A stretch of 64,000 nucleotides of DNA from Pseudomonadota bacterium. GTDB taxonomy: Bacteria; Bdellovibrionota; Bdellovibrionia; Bdellovibrionales; Bdellovibrionaceae. The stretch covers positions 1 through 64,000 of the forward strand of contig JBEGVH010000040.1 in the NCBI GenBank assembly GCA_041178425.1. The letters are read 5' to 3'. The notes beneath the pieces were generated by a model. It was not told the origin of the DNA. It did no database searches and worked only from the letters and a program-made list of their open reading frames with translations. Made by a program: the position numbers and the translations under genes. Positions 1-10,077 of the stretch are shown here, in pieces; the stretch's first letter is position 1; every line of letters begins with the position of its first letter.

Positions 1-2
1 CA

Positions 3-3000
3 ATCAATCTTATTCAGGGATTGTTTTTTGATAGCTCAATTCAAAAACTCTATGCTTATGGGTATTCACATGATCAGAATTGGAATCTAGGTTGCTATCT
101 TGTTCGTTTAAATCTTGATGGCACTCTAGATTCTAGCTTTAATAATAACCATATCTTTTCATACGGATTTATAACTTCTGTAACAACAGATTCAACGAGC
201 CATAGCCTATACGTTGCAGGGAGTTTCTCAGATTTAGATAACACCGATGTGCATAATGTAATCAAATTGAGTAGTAGTGGCGTCCATGATACGACCTTTT
301 CAATCGGCCCTGATGGATTTACTGGGGGTGTGCAGAAAATTGTCTTCGACTCTTCTATACAAAAGCTATACGTGGCAGGAACCATGACTTCATTTAATGG
401 TAGTGCTATCAGTTTATTGGTGCGCCTTAATCCGAATGGTACTCTCGATTCGAGCTTCAGCACTGGCTCTGGGTTTGGAGAGGCTTACGGATTGACTAAT
501 TTTTCGCTCGATCAGAGTCAACAAAAATTGTATGTTGGGGGTTATTTCACTTCTTACCAAGGTGTGAAAGCTAACGCTATTATTAGACTTCTTGCAAATG
601 GAGAGAGCGATTCCACCTTTAACAGTGGATCTGGGTTTGATTCCGTCTGGAGTCAGATTAACTCAATTCTTTTTGATTCGGACCATCGAAAAATTTTTAT
701 TGGAGGTTGGCTTCCGACCTATAATCAAAATTGGATCGGTCATTTTGTCTTTTTGGATGAAGATGGAAGTCTTTACAACACTGGTTTAGATCTTAGTGTC
801 CCGCATTTGAATGTAGTTCCCAATTCAAGTCAATCAATTGCGGCAAGTGGCGGCCAGGCCCCCTATTCTTACTCTATTGTTCTAGGTGGTGGGACCATTA
901 ATCAATCAGGCGTATTTGTTGCTCCACCAATGGCATCAAGAGTACGAGTTCGCGTGCAAGATAGTTCGGTTCCTCCTCTGTCAAGTGAAGTGACTCTGAA
1001 TGTATTTGAACCCCTTGTTTCGTCTCCCTCTCTCGTTGCCTTTTACAAGATTAATGAGCAACGTTCCTTGAGTGTGGCCGGAGGATTAGCGCCGCTGAGG
1101 TTTGAATTACTTTCGGGTGCGGGAACCTTAAATGAAAATGGAATCTTTGTTGCTCCGGAGGTCGCAGGAATAAGTCTCGTCCGCGTAACTGATAGTATTA
1201 ATTCCTACGTATTGGTCGAGATTCGAACAACCGAGCCCCTTCAAATCACTCCTTCTCGATTGAAAATAACAGGTGGCATGACGACAACCTTTGTTGCCAA
1301 GGGTGGTGTTGCACCTTACTCCTACAGTTTAGGAGCTGACCTGGGCGTGATAGGATTAATGACCGGGGTCTACACGGCACCAACTGCCGATGGTTTAACG
1401 ACGGTGTATGTGCGCGATGCGAATGGAAACACTGCGATTTCTCTCGTTGAAGTCGTTGGTGTGAATTCACCTATTGAAATTCTTCCTGCGAGTTTTGCAT
1501 TAGCTGTAAATTCATCTTATCACCTTGGCGCCAAAGGCGGCAGCGGTCATTACACTTTTTCAAAGATTTCTGGTGGTGGATCAGTAGATGCGAAAGGTCT
1601 ATTTACTGCTCCGGCCGGCACCGGCACGACTATCATTGAAGTCAGTGATGGCACAAGCACCGCACGAAGTACGGTGACGATCGTAAGTGCCATGAGTTTT
1701 TATCCTTCCTTTTTGACTACATCAATTGGTGTGCCTACTCATTTAAATGTCGAGGGGGGAGTGCCTCCCTATCGTTATCAGATTGTTGGTGGTATGGGTT
1801 CTGTTCAATCCGATGGGGTATTAACAGCTAGTCAAGTCGGTAAGATCGTAGTGAATGTATCAGATAGTCGAAATGCTTGGGCATCTATTACAGTAGATGT
1901 AAATGATCTCATGCAAATTGTCGCGGCCAGCGAACGCGTTATGAGAGAAGGTATAATAAAGCTTCAAGTTTTTAATGGTGCTGCAGATTACACCTATTCG
2001 ATAGAGAGTGGCGGGGGAGAGCTCAGTGATGCGTCGAACACCCAGGGCGTTGTTTATCTGAAAGCGCCAGCTTCAATTGGAGTGGTGCGAGTGAAGGCGA
2101 CTGATAGGCTTCAGCAAGCCAGCTTTCTCGACATTCAGGTAACAGCAATGAGTCCCTTTGTTATGTACCCATCAAATTCGACCTTGATCTTTCGAGACAG
2201 ACCCATCACTTCGATCGAGCCTCTGCTGGTTATGGGTGATCTGCCAACTCGTTATCAAGTAAAAGAAGGATGTTTGCCGGCGGGTCTTTCTCTCAACGAA
2301 ACGACTGGTGTCATTAGCGGTACTGCCACTGCGGGACAGGGCCAGGTTATTTGCTCTATCGTCGTTAGTAATAGTGGGGGTTACTCGGAAGCACTTTTGA
2401 CGATGATCGTGCAACCAGAGTCTTCTTTTTCTATTGTCTCGCCAGCAGGCGGAAGTTCTGTTTCTGGGTTTCAAATTTTTTCTGGTGCTTGCATCGATGA
2501 CTTTGATGTAGAGGTTACTAGTGAGGATCAGTTTTTGATCAATACTGTGTCTAAAAACGTTGAACCATGCAAAGACGGTAAATTTTCTTTTGGAATTAAT
2601 TTTTGGGGTGCCGTCAATTCATCTAGAACCATGCAATTTAGGCAGGCAAATAAAACTATCACTCAATCAGTCATCTACCAACCATCCGGTTGGGCGACGG
2701 TTCGGTATGGCCCTGATGGTCCTTTGAACAAGATGCTCAAAGATCCAGATTCAGGCAAAATTTATATCGGGGGAAACTTTACGGCGATAGAAGGAAAACC
2801 TTCAAGGGCACTTGCTCGACTCAATTTAGATGGTTCTTTAGATTCCAGTTTTGATATTGGGGAAGGCTTTGATGGATTTGGTGGGGTGAGAGCGCTCGCT
2901 ATCGATTCGGTCAATAAAAAGCTCTATGTCGGTGGCTATTTTAACTCTCTCAATGGCAAGAGTTATAACCGATTAGTCCGTCTCAATGAGAATGGATCGA

Positions 3001-4916
3001 TTGATACGGCCTTTGATGTTGGTACAGGCTTAAATGAATATGTCACAAGCCTTGCCTTTGACAGCCTTAATCAAAAGTTATACGTGGTTGGCTATTTCAC
3101 GACTTACAAAGGAGCAACTGCCAATCGAATATTGAGATTGAATACCGATGGTTCTGTCGACACTCAATTCAACGTTGGAACGGGATTTGACAATTATCCT
3201 ACGGCAATGGCTTATGATGACATTAATCAGAAAATTTATATCGGTGGCCACTTTTCCAGTTACAATGGCGTAGCGGCTAATAAAATTATTCGATTAAATA
3301 CCGATGGAACGAGAGATACTAATTTTTTAGTTGGCACAGGATTTAATGGTGGTGTGCATGCCTTAGCGGTTGATCGCACCAATAAAAAAGTTTATGTCGG
3401 TGGAGATTTTACCGCCTATAATGGAACAACAAGTACGACAGCAACAAAGAAAGTGGCCCTTCTGAACGATACGGGAGGTTTGGATACCAGCTTCAGTATT
3501 GCTCACAGCTATACCTATCTTTATGCGCTCAATTTTGATGAATCGAATAGTAAACTCTATGTCGGTGGATTCGCTTATAGTCCGACAACTGTGAATCTTG
3601 CGCGTTTGAATGCCAATGGTACATCGGATTCGACCTTCATTAAGGGCCAAGGATTAGATACCTACGTGTTTGATTTTCTTTACGACAGCACTAATCAAAA
3701 GCTTTACATAGGAGGATCGTTCACTACCTATGATGGCAAGTTAAGCCTCTATTTTAAACGGCTGAATCAAAATGGCTCCATTGATACGTCTTTTAAGTCT
3801 GTTAACACAGGGTTCAACGGACAAGTGAATGTTATCAAGAGGGATGATCGTTCGGGAAAGCTATATGTTGGCGGAAATTTTACTTCTTATGGTGAGCAGT
3901 CGGTCAATTATTTAGCGCGCCTCAATTCCGATGGAACTATAGACTCAACTTTTAATATTGGCACTGGTTTTAATTCACGCGTCTGGGCAATATATATTGA
4001 TCAGGTCAATGACAAGATCTACGTTGGTGGAGGCTTCAATTCGTTTAATGGGTCGACTGCGGCTGGGATTGTTCGTCTCGATATGAATGGAACAATCGAC
4101 TCTGGATTCTCGACGGGTACAGGCTTCAGCGGAACCGTCAACGTTATCACTCTCGATTCATCAAATCAAAAACTCTACGTCGGGGGTAGCTTTTATGGTT
4201 ACCAAGGTGGAGGTACCCGTGGGCTCATTCGCCTTAACTTGAATGGTACCATCGACAATGGTTTCGTTGTGGGTACTGGATTTACTATGGGAAATTATGT
4301 CACCACAATTCACCAACTGATTTTAGATTCAACAAATCAGAAGCTTTACGTTGGTGGCTATTTCACCAATTATAATGGTACTGCTATTAATCATTTAGCG
4401 CGACTTAATCTCAATGGATCTGTTGATTCAACTTTTACTATTGGTTTGTCGAATAGTACAAGTTCAGGTATTTATGCTATGGTGCTAGATTCAACTAATC
4501 AAAGATTTTACATAGGTGGTACTTTTACAAACTATGGGTCTAGTCTTCGAAATCGTTTGGCAGCAATTAAATTTGATGGAAGCCTCGATAGCTCTTTTGA
4601 TCCGGGGACTGGTATTTCTAATTCAAATCAATCAGTTCAAACTATTGCCTTCGATTCCGCAAAAAATCGTCTCTACGTAGGGGGGCTTTTTTCGATTTAT
4701 AATAACGCAACAGCCGCCAACCTTATTGCCTTAAAAACGGACGGGGCCGTTGATTCCTCATTTAGAGTTGGAGCAGGATATAATAACTACGTATTTGCGT
4801 TGTATCTCGAACCTTCTTCGGGAGAGCTCTTGGTTGGTGGTTCTTTTAAGTCTTACAACTATAACTATCAAGGCCACCTTTCAAAAATATCAGATAACGG
4901 AAGTCTCGCACCGTAA
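3..4916 (+). CDS. Large surface/secreted protein with delta-60 (DUF5122-like) beta-propeller repeats and Ig-like (He_PIG-like) repeats; 5' truncated by window edge
   Basis: The frame is open from position 3. Many ~55-aa repeats of the form KLYVGGxFTxYNG...LARLNxDGxxDxxF, plus central SGGxAPYSYS / LPAGLSLNETTGVISG Ig-like repeats. Confidence 0.8.
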   Translation: MNLIQGLFFDSSIQKLYAYGYSHDQNWNLGCYLVRLNLDGTLDSSFNNNHIFSYGFITSVTTDSTSHSLYVAGSFSDLDNTDVHNVIKLSSSGVHDTTFSIGPDGFTGGVQKIVFDSSIQKLYVAGTMTSFNGSAISLLVRLNPNGTLDSSFSTGSGFGEAYGLTNFSLDQSQQKLYVGGYFTSYQGVKANAIIRLLANGESDSTFNSGSGFDSVWSQINSILFDSDHRKIFIGGWLPTYNQNWIGHFVFLDEDGSLYNTGLDLSVPHLNVVPNSSQSIAASGGQAPYSYSIVLGGGTINQSGVFVAPPMASRVRVRVQDSSVPPLSSEVTLNVFEPLVSSPSLVAFYKINEQRSLSVAGGLAPLRFELLSGAGTLNENGIFVAPEVAGISLVRVTDSINSYVLVEIRTTEPLQITPSRLKITGGMTTTFVAKGGVAPYSYSLGADLGVIGLMTGVYTAPTADGLTTVYVRDANGNTAISLVEVVGVNSPIEILPASFALAVNSSYHLGAKGGSGHYTFSKISGGGSVDAKGLFTAPAGTGTTIIEVSDGTSTARSTVTIVSAMSFYPSFLTTSIGVPTHLNVEGGVPPYRYQIVGGMGSVQSDGVLTASQVGKIVVNVSDSRNAWASITVDVNDLMQIVAASERVMREGIIKLQVFNGAADYTYSIESGGGELSDASNTQGVVYLKAPASIGVVRVKATDRLQQASFLDIQVTAMSPFVMYPSNSTLIFRDRPITSIEPLLVMGDLPTRYQVKEGCLPAGLSLNETTGVISGTATAGQGQVICSIVVSNSGGYSEALLTMIVQPESSFSIVSPAGGSSVSGFQIFSGACIDDFDVEVTSEDQFLINTVSKNVEPCKDGKFSFGINFWGAVNSSRTMQFRQANKTITQSVIYQPSGWATVRYGPDGPLNKMLKDPDSGKIYIGGNFTAIEGKPSRALARLNLDGSLDSSFDIGEGFDGFGGVRALAIDSVNKKLYVGGYFNSLNGKSYNRLVRLNENGSIDTAFDVGTGLNEYVTSLAFDSLNQKLYVVGYFTTYKGATANRILRLNTDGSVDTQFNVGTGFDNYPTAMAYDDINQKIYIGGHFSSYNGVAANKIIRLNTDGTRDTNFLVGTGFNGGVHALAVDRTNKKVYVGGDFTAYNGTTSTTATKKVALLNDTGGLDTSFSIAHSYTYLYALNFDESNSKLYVGGFAYSPTTVNLARLNANGTSDSTFIKGQGLDTYVFDFLYDSTNQKLYIGGSFTTYDGKLSLYFKRLNQNGSIDTSFKSVNTGFNGQVNVIKRDDRSGKLYVGGNFTSYGEQSVNYLARLNSDGTIDSTFNIGTGFNSRVWAIYIDQVNDKIYVGGGFNSFNGSTAAGIVRLDMNGTIDSGFSTGTGFSGTVNVITLDSSNQKLYVGGSFYGYQGGGTRGLIRLNLNGTIDNGFVVGTGFTMGNYVTTIHQLILDSTNQKLYVGGYFTNYNGTAINHLARLNLNGSVDSTFTIGLSNSTSSGIYAMVLDSTNQRFYIGGTFTNYGSSLRNRLAAIKFDGSLDSSFDPGTGISNSNQSVQTIAFDSAKNRLYVGGLFSIYNNATAANLIALKTDGAVDSSFRVGAGYNNYVFALYLEPSSGELLVGGSFKSYNYNYQGHLSKISDNGSLAP

Positions 4917-5088
4917 GTAGCAGAAAAAATAAAAGCTTGACCTACGACGACGAGGGGTGACTGGCATTGGATGGGGAACACTTGTACACAACGAAGCGTT
5001 TGATCTTGCTGCGATGAGTTTATAAGTTTTGCCAACGGTCTTTAATTTAGAAGTCTCCCCTAAAAAAGAATGCTATAGCCAACGGCCT

Positions 5089-6132
5089 ATGCGCTCTGTC
5101 CCCCTTTTTAGTTTGCGACCAGACTTAGAAAAAAATTGGGTCCCTCTTATTCGAGAGGTCACTCCGGCCTATCCGTTATCCGGATTTTCAAAGTTAATTG
5201 GGGCCAATCAAATCTCTGTAAAAAGAGAGGATCTCACGGATGCACTCTATGGTGGCAATAAGGTAAGAAACTTAGAGTTTCTTCTCGGCGATGCATTGGC
5301 AAAAAAAGCGAAACGCGTGGTTGGGCTCGCGCCATTGGGTTCGAATTTTATTGCGGCTCTTTCTGCGCAATCATCAAAAATTCAGATGCCAGTCAGTGTT
5401 TATCACTTTGTTCCGACGTGCACGCAGCAAATGCGTAAGCATGCCGAATTTTCAGCGCGCGTGGGCGCCAACCTTAAAACCTACAAAGGCGGTTACATTC
5501 CTTCGCTCCTTCAAGCCAGCGCGCAGTTTTCTTTTGAGATTCTGTCGCAAGGGACGCGAAGTTATCGAATGCCAACAGGTGGTTCAAGTTATCTGGGTGC
5601 GCTCGGGCACTTTAACGCTTTTCTCGAACTGCAGGAACAGATTGCAAAAGGGGAGATTCCTGGCCCGGATTTTTTAATTGTTGGTGCGGGTACTTGTGGC
5701 ACGATGGCAGGGCTTTTGGCGGCGCAGGTTCTCACGCAAAGTAAAATTCAGATCATCGGTGTTCGGTGTGTGGATCGTGTGATTTGTAACCGCTGGAGCA
5801 TAGCCCGGCTCGCGAACCAGGTTTTAGAATTTATGGGTTCTCAGGAGAGAATCGAGCCTCTTGGCATTGATCTGCGCGATCGGGGAATGGTGGCTTATGG
5901 TAGTCCTGACTCCGACGCCAATCATGTTTTAGAGGCCATGATGACATCCGAGGGGTTGTTGCTCGACACGACTTATACCACAAAGGTGGTTTCTTATTTG
6001 TCTCATTTGGTGCAACAGCCAGATTATAAAGAGAAGAAATTTTTGTATTGGCACACCTTCAGCCCGGCGGCGATGCAGAACCAATTACCAGAGCTTCGGT
6101 CTGTGCCCCTGATGGAACCGACCCTTATTTAG
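5089..6132 (+). CDS. PLP-dependent D-cysteine desulfhydrase / ACC deaminase family protein
   Basis: VKREDL...YGGNKVR PLP-lysine motif, GAGTCGTMAG, LDTTYTTK; ATG at 5089 preferred over TTG at 5029. Confidence 0.8.
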   Translation: MRSVPLFSLRPDLEKNWVPLIREVTPAYPLSGFSKLIGANQISVKREDLTDALYGGNKVRNLEFLLGDALAKKAKRVVGLAPLGSNFIAALSAQSSKIQMPVSVYHFVPTCTQQMRKHAEFSARVGANLKTYKGGYIPSLLQASAQFSFEILSQGTRSYRMPTGGSSYLGALGHFNAFLELQEQIAKGEIPGPDFLIVGAGTCGTMAGLLAAQVLTQSKIQIIGVRCVDRVICNRWSIARLANQVLEFMGSQERIEPLGIDLRDRGMVAYGSPDSDANHVLEAMMTSEGLLLDTTYTTKVVSYLSHLVQQPDYKEKKFLYWHTFSPAAMQNQLPELRSVPLMEPTLI

Positions 6133-6803
6133 ATCTCGGTCATCTCTACGACTTGAACGGTAACAGAGAGTGGCTCACCTGTTTCTTCATCTTCGAAGCT
6201 CACTTCACGGGGATAGATTTTATCAATCTTCAACTTTACTCCCGGAAGAAGCAGGGCTTCTTCTTCGGCAATTCCATGATCACTTGTTCCTTGAGAGTAA
6301 GGGCTAATGTCTCGTGCGCTCTTTGCGTGAATAATTAATAACTGCGAGGGTTTTTCAACACTGAGAAAACCCTCAGCCACAGACCGATTCATAGAGACGC
6401 TTCGAAAGGTTTTGATGGTAATAGTTTTACCGAGGTCTTTTTCGGAGTAGCGAGCGGGTTCTCCACGAAAAAAAGTTCCACTTTGAAGAGGGAGCTTTTT
6501 TGCTCCATTGACAATAATGACCTCTTCTCTGTGATAGGTTATTGTGTACCATGCGATAGCAATCTTTTGGGCGAGGCTGAGTGGGCCTCCGGCTTTGGGC
6601 TCGTGATTGAGTTTGTAGATAAGGTCGGGATCTTTTTGGAGATAATCATATTCGGCTTGGTTATCTGCCTGCTCATTAGGAAAAGAGACATTAGTTTGCA
6701 ACGTTTGACTGCATTTCGTAGCGGGCTCGGCAAATCCTGAAGTAGCGAAGGTGAAATTAAAAATTAGAAAAGTGAAAATAGAGAGGCTGGCTTTAACGTT
6801 CAT
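6129..6803 (-). CDS. Secreted ADP-ribosyltransferase (R-S-E clade, C2/C3/VIP2-like exoenzyme domain)
   Basis: Signal peptide, AIAWYT helix, FFRGE (catalytic Arg), FRSVS (STS-like), DISPYS...EEEALL (ExE). Confidence 0.8.
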   Translation of the reverse strand: MNVKASLSIFTFLIFNFTFATSGFAEPATKCSQTLQTNVSFPNEQADNQAEYDYLQKDPDLIYKLNHEPKAGGPLSLAQKIAIAWYTITYHREEVIIVNGAKKLPLQSGTFFRGEPARYSEKDLGKTITIKTFRSVSMNRSVAEGFLSVEKPSQLLIIHAKSARDISPYSQGTSDHGIAEEEALLLPGVKLKIDKIYPREVSFEDEETGEPLSVTVQVVEMTEI

Positions 6804-7114
6804 AAACTAAATTCCTTTACCCGCTAAATAGATACTGTTTGAGATAACGGTTTTGAATTTATTAATCAAGGGTAAGGCTTATAAGGTGGGAGCCGCAGAA
6901 GGGCCATCATCGATAAAGGTGTTAAAAAACCGAGACTTAGTTCGATATGCGGTGGGAGAAAAATAATCTGTAAGAAAAGAATAGAGAAAAATCTTTCTTC
7001 GTAGTTAGGATAAAAAAGGGAAAACCTAAAGAGAAGAGCTGAATCAAACTAAGTTTAATCAAGGGGCCGAGAAATACAATTTAGAGGAGTTTGAGTATAA
7101 AGTTCGCAAAAAAT

Positions 7115-7190
7115 TGGTGGTCTGTACAAGACTCGAACTTGTGACCTCTCCCATGTCAAGGGAACGCGCTACCAACTGCGCCAACAGACC
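7115..7190 (-). tRNA. tRNA-Val (GAC)
   Basis: The reverse complement folds as a cloverleaf: GGTCTGT acceptor stem, anticodon loop TTGACAT, TTCGAGT T-loop, encoded CCA; 76 nt. Confidence 0.97.
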
Positions 7191-7318
7191 GTCCGGGCAG
7201 TTTCGCTTCACAGCCCCAAATCAGTCAAGTTAAAAGTCAAAGTTCCATCGAGCATTGTCCCAGGCATTGACCCTACAGACCCTTCTGTTTGAATGGTAAA
7301 AGGGATTGTTGGGGAGGC

Positions 7319-7441
7319 GATAGGGAAGGCGTTTTGATTTTTTCGGAAAACGAGTTCGGAGCGCAGCCGAAGGGAACTTGTTCCCGAGGCGAGCACCGCT
7401 TGTCTGAGGCTTTACGGAAAAATCAAAGCGCCTTCCCTATC
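7319..7441. repeat. Long imperfect inverted repeat with internal hairpins (REP/MITE-like palindrome or structured RNA)
   Basis: Arms GATAGGGAAGGCGTTTTGATTTTTTCG / CGGAAAAATCAAAGCGCCTTCCCTATC; internal hairpins TTCGG..CCGAA, GGGAAC-TT-GTTCCC, GGCGAGC-ACC-GCTTGTC. Confidence 0.75.
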
Positions 7442-7486
7442 CCTCTTCCTTAGAGCACTTCCCTCCAAACAGAGAAAGGATCGCCC

Positions 7487-7996
7487 ATGGCCATTATTTT
7501 AGGACTCGATCCAGGATCTCGTTTTAGTGGTGTTGGGGTGATTGAGGCGGATCGCGATCAGATTCGCCATATCTATCATGGGGTGATTGATGCCTCCAAA
7601 GAGGCAACATTTCACAAGCGAGTCACAAAAATTGGGGTCGGATTCGAAGAGATTCTTTTGAAGTTCAAGCCCCAGGTTGTGGTGATCGAACAAATCTTTC
7701 TTGGAAAAAATGCCGATAGCGCCTTTAAACTTGGTCATGCCCGAGGAATTTGCATGTATGAAGCGGTGAAGTCGGGGGCCGAGGTTAGGGAGTACGCTAC
7801 GCGGCTCGTAAAAAAAGGCGTCACAGGAAGCGGCGGGTCCGATAAGCTTCAAGTTCATGCGGCCCTCGAAAAGCTATTGCAAGTGCGTATTCAGGGTGCG
7901 ATAGATGCCAGCGATGCTTTGGCGATGGCTTACCACCATGCCGTACAAATGGAATTAGAGCGAAAAATGAGCAAAATGTCAGGAGCGTTTCGATGA
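7487..7996 (+). CDS. ruvC: Holliday junction resolvase RuvC
   Basis: ILGLDPGSR, VVIEQIF, KLGHARG, DASDALAMA motifs. Confidence 0.97.
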   Translation: MAIILGLDPGSRFSGVGVIEADRDQIRHIYHGVIDASKEATFHKRVTKIGVGFEEILLKFKPQVVVIEQIFLGKNADSAFKLGHARGICMYEAVKSGAEVREYATRLVKKGVTGSGGSDKLQVHAALEKLLQVRIQGAIDASDALAMAYHHAVQMELERKMSKMSGAFR

Positions 7997-8583
7997 TCGG
8001 TTATCTTAAGGGAAATGTTTTAGACGTTGGCATTGAAACCGTGATTCTTGAATGCAACGGAGTGGGGTATGAATTGGCTTGCCCCGGCGGTGTGCTTCAA
8101 GACATGGCCACACACCGGCACACAACCCAAGAACTTTGGGTTTATACTCATGTTCGCGAGGATGCGCTTCAACTTTTCGGTTTTGCATCTCCTGATGAAA
8201 AAGAATTCTTTCTCACTTTACTAAAAATTAATGGCGTTGGCCCGAAGATGGCTCTCTGTATTTTAAGTGGCGCCAGCATTGAACAAATCATGACAATGAT
8301 TGAATCAGAAGATGTAAAGGCTCTCACGCAGCTTCCTAAAGTGGGCAAGAAAACAGCTGAACAAATGATTCTCGCGCTTAAGGGCAAACTCGTTTTGAGT
8401 GCGCGGGCCGATGGAAAAAAACCAGCCCCTGCGAGTCAAAACCTTCAGCTCATTACTTCGGCCTTGGTGAATCTCGGATACAAAATGGCCGATGTTGAAA
8501 AAGCGATGATTGATTTTCCTCGCGACATGGAAGTTCAAGAAGGGGTTCGTCGCGGACTCCAAGTTTTAGCAAAGCCATTATAA
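7993..8583 (+). CDS. ruvA: Holliday junction branch migration protein RuvA
   Basis: [38 protein letters not shown]. Confidence 0.97.
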   Translation: MIGYLKGNVLDVGIETVILECNGVGYELACPGGVLQDMATHRHTTQELWVYTHVREDALQLFGFASPDEKEFFLTLLKINGVGPKMALCILSGASIEQIMTMIESEDVKALTQLPKVGKKTAEQMILALKGKLVLSARADGKKPAPASQNLQLITSALVNLGYKMADVEKAMIDFPRDMEVQEGVRRGLQVLAKPL

Positions 8584-8593
8584 GGAATCGACG

Positions 8594-9592
8594 ATGTTTG
8601 ATAGAGTGGTTGAGGGGCACCCCCTCGAAAATGAAAAACTTTGGGAAACAAAACTCCGCCCCTTGTCTTTTGAAGACTTTCCGGGGCAAGAGCAGGTCAA
8701 AGACAAGCTCAAGGTGTTTGTGGCTGCCGCTAAAAAACGAGGTGAGGCTTTAGATCATACTCTCTTGTGTGGGCCTCCGGGCTTAGGAAAAACCACTTTG
8801 GCTCGAATTATCGCCGAAGAGATGGGTGTGGATTTTCGATCAACCTCCGCTCCGGCCATCGAAAAGAAGGGTGACCTCGCGGCTCTTTTAACAAGTTTAA
8901 AACCTCAATCCGTTCTTTTCATCGATGAGATTCACCGTTTGAGTCGTGTGCTCGAGGAGTACCTCTACACGGCCATGGAAGATTTTTTTATCGACATCAT
9001 GACCGGCGAAGGTTTAGGGGCCCGAAGCATGAAGTTCGAGTTGGCGCCCTTCACTCTGATTGGTGCCACTACTCGAGCGGGTCTTTTGCATGGTCCATTT
9101 ATTGATCGCTTTGGCATTATGGAGCGTCTGCAATTTTATGATCGCGCGTCTCTCGAAAAAATTGTTGCTCGCTCTGCGGGAATTCTGAATGTACATGTTG
9201 ATGGTCATGGGGTTCGAGAGGTTGCTCGTCGGAGTCGTGGAACGCCAAGAATTGCAAATCGTCTTTTAAGACGGGTGCGTGATTATGCTGAGATCCATGG
9301 TCAAGGTGTGGTGGATGAGCCCATTGCTGAATTTGCGTTGAATCAACTAGGAGTTGATAAACACGGTCTCGACGAAATGGATCGGCAAATTCTCTCCCTT
9401 ATTCATAGCAAGTTTGCGGGGGGGCCGGTAGGCGTTGAAACCCTGGCTGCGGCTCTGAGCGAAGAGCGAGACACTCTCGAGGAGGTCTACGAGCCGTTTC
9501 TCTTGCAAGAGGGCTTTATTATGAAGACTCCGCGGGGTCGTATTACGACCGAGCTTGCAAAAATGCACCTGGAGTCTGAGGATTCTCCCTAA
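8594..9592 (+). CDS. ruvB: Holliday junction branch migration helicase RuvB
   Basis: [44 protein letters not shown]. Confidence 0.98.
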   Translation: MFDRVVEGHPLENEKLWETKLRPLSFEDFPGQEQVKDKLKVFVAAAKKRGEALDHTLLCGPPGLGKTTLARIIAEEMGVDFRSTSAPAIEKKGDLAALLTSLKPQSVLFIDEIHRLSRVLEEYLYTAMEDFFIDIMTGEGLGARSMKFELAPFTLIGATTRAGLLHGPFIDRFGIMERLQFYDRASLEKIVARSAGILNVHVDGHGVREVARRSRGTPRIANRLLRRVRDYAEIHGQGVVDEPIAEFALNQLGVDKHGLDEMDRQILSLIHSKFAGGPVGVETLAAALSEERDTLEEVYEPFLLQEGFIMKTPRGRITTELAKMHLESEDSP

Positions 9593-9636
9593 AATAAATA
9601 CTTTTCTTCCCAAAACTGGCAGAGTTTGTGCTAGAG

Positions 9637-9667
9637 AAAGGGGTGTTGATCATGACACCCCCTTTTT
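9637..9667 (+). terminator. Probable intrinsic terminator after ruvCAB
   Basis: GGGGTGTT-GATCAT-GACACCCC hairpin followed by a T run. Confidence 0.55.
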
Positions 9668-9695
9668 AGGGGCTAGATAAGATGAGGGAGTTTCT

Positions 9696-9959
9696 ATGTC
9701 CACTGAATTTGTTCCGCCCCAGCCGCCCAAATCCCATCGTATCGTTTTAGAAGTTTTTACGCGAAACGATCGTTTAGATATGTTGCTCTTGAGTGCCTTG
9801 CGCGCCCAGAGAGAAAACTTGGACCTACAAAACATTTCTCGAACTAAATTTAAAGAGTTATTTGACCAAGGAAGAATTCAAATTAAGGGTCAGCGAGCAA
9901 GGCCATCGTCATCGATAAATCGGGGTCTGACCTACATTGATATCCTTGGATACAACTAA
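9696..9959 (+). CDS. Small S4-like RNA-binding domain protein
   Basis: RLDMLL...SRTKFKELFDQGRIQIKG...RPSSSI resembles the S4 motif; GAGGGAG RBS. Confidence 0.6.
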   Translation: MSTEFVPPQPPKSHRIVLEVFTRNDRLDMLLLSALRAQRENLDLQNISRTKFKELFDQGRIQIKGQRARPSSSINRGLTYIDILGYN

Positions 9960-10077
9960 AAAACCTGTCAATTTTTGGCCCTCTTTTGGCCTGATTAGTC
10001 CCTTTTGAGACCTAGCACGGTAGGAACAGAGTTAAGTGATTTCATGACTGGCTCTGTTTTTGCTCTGTCATTGGGAA

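Noticed and set aside
5092..5103. Partial motif matches outside the cluster (CGCTCTGTCCCC at 5092; GGGACAGAC at 49944)
   Set aside because: 9-10/12 matches in coding DNA can arise by chance; not counted
4917..7114. tRNA-anchored integrative element
   Set aside because: No integrase and no duplicated tRNA 3' end (att site) seen in the window
9617..9632. Sigma54-like TGGCAGAGTTTGTGCT before the S4-like gene
   Set aside because: The implied start falls inside a terminator-like hairpin; ambiguous, so excluded from the set
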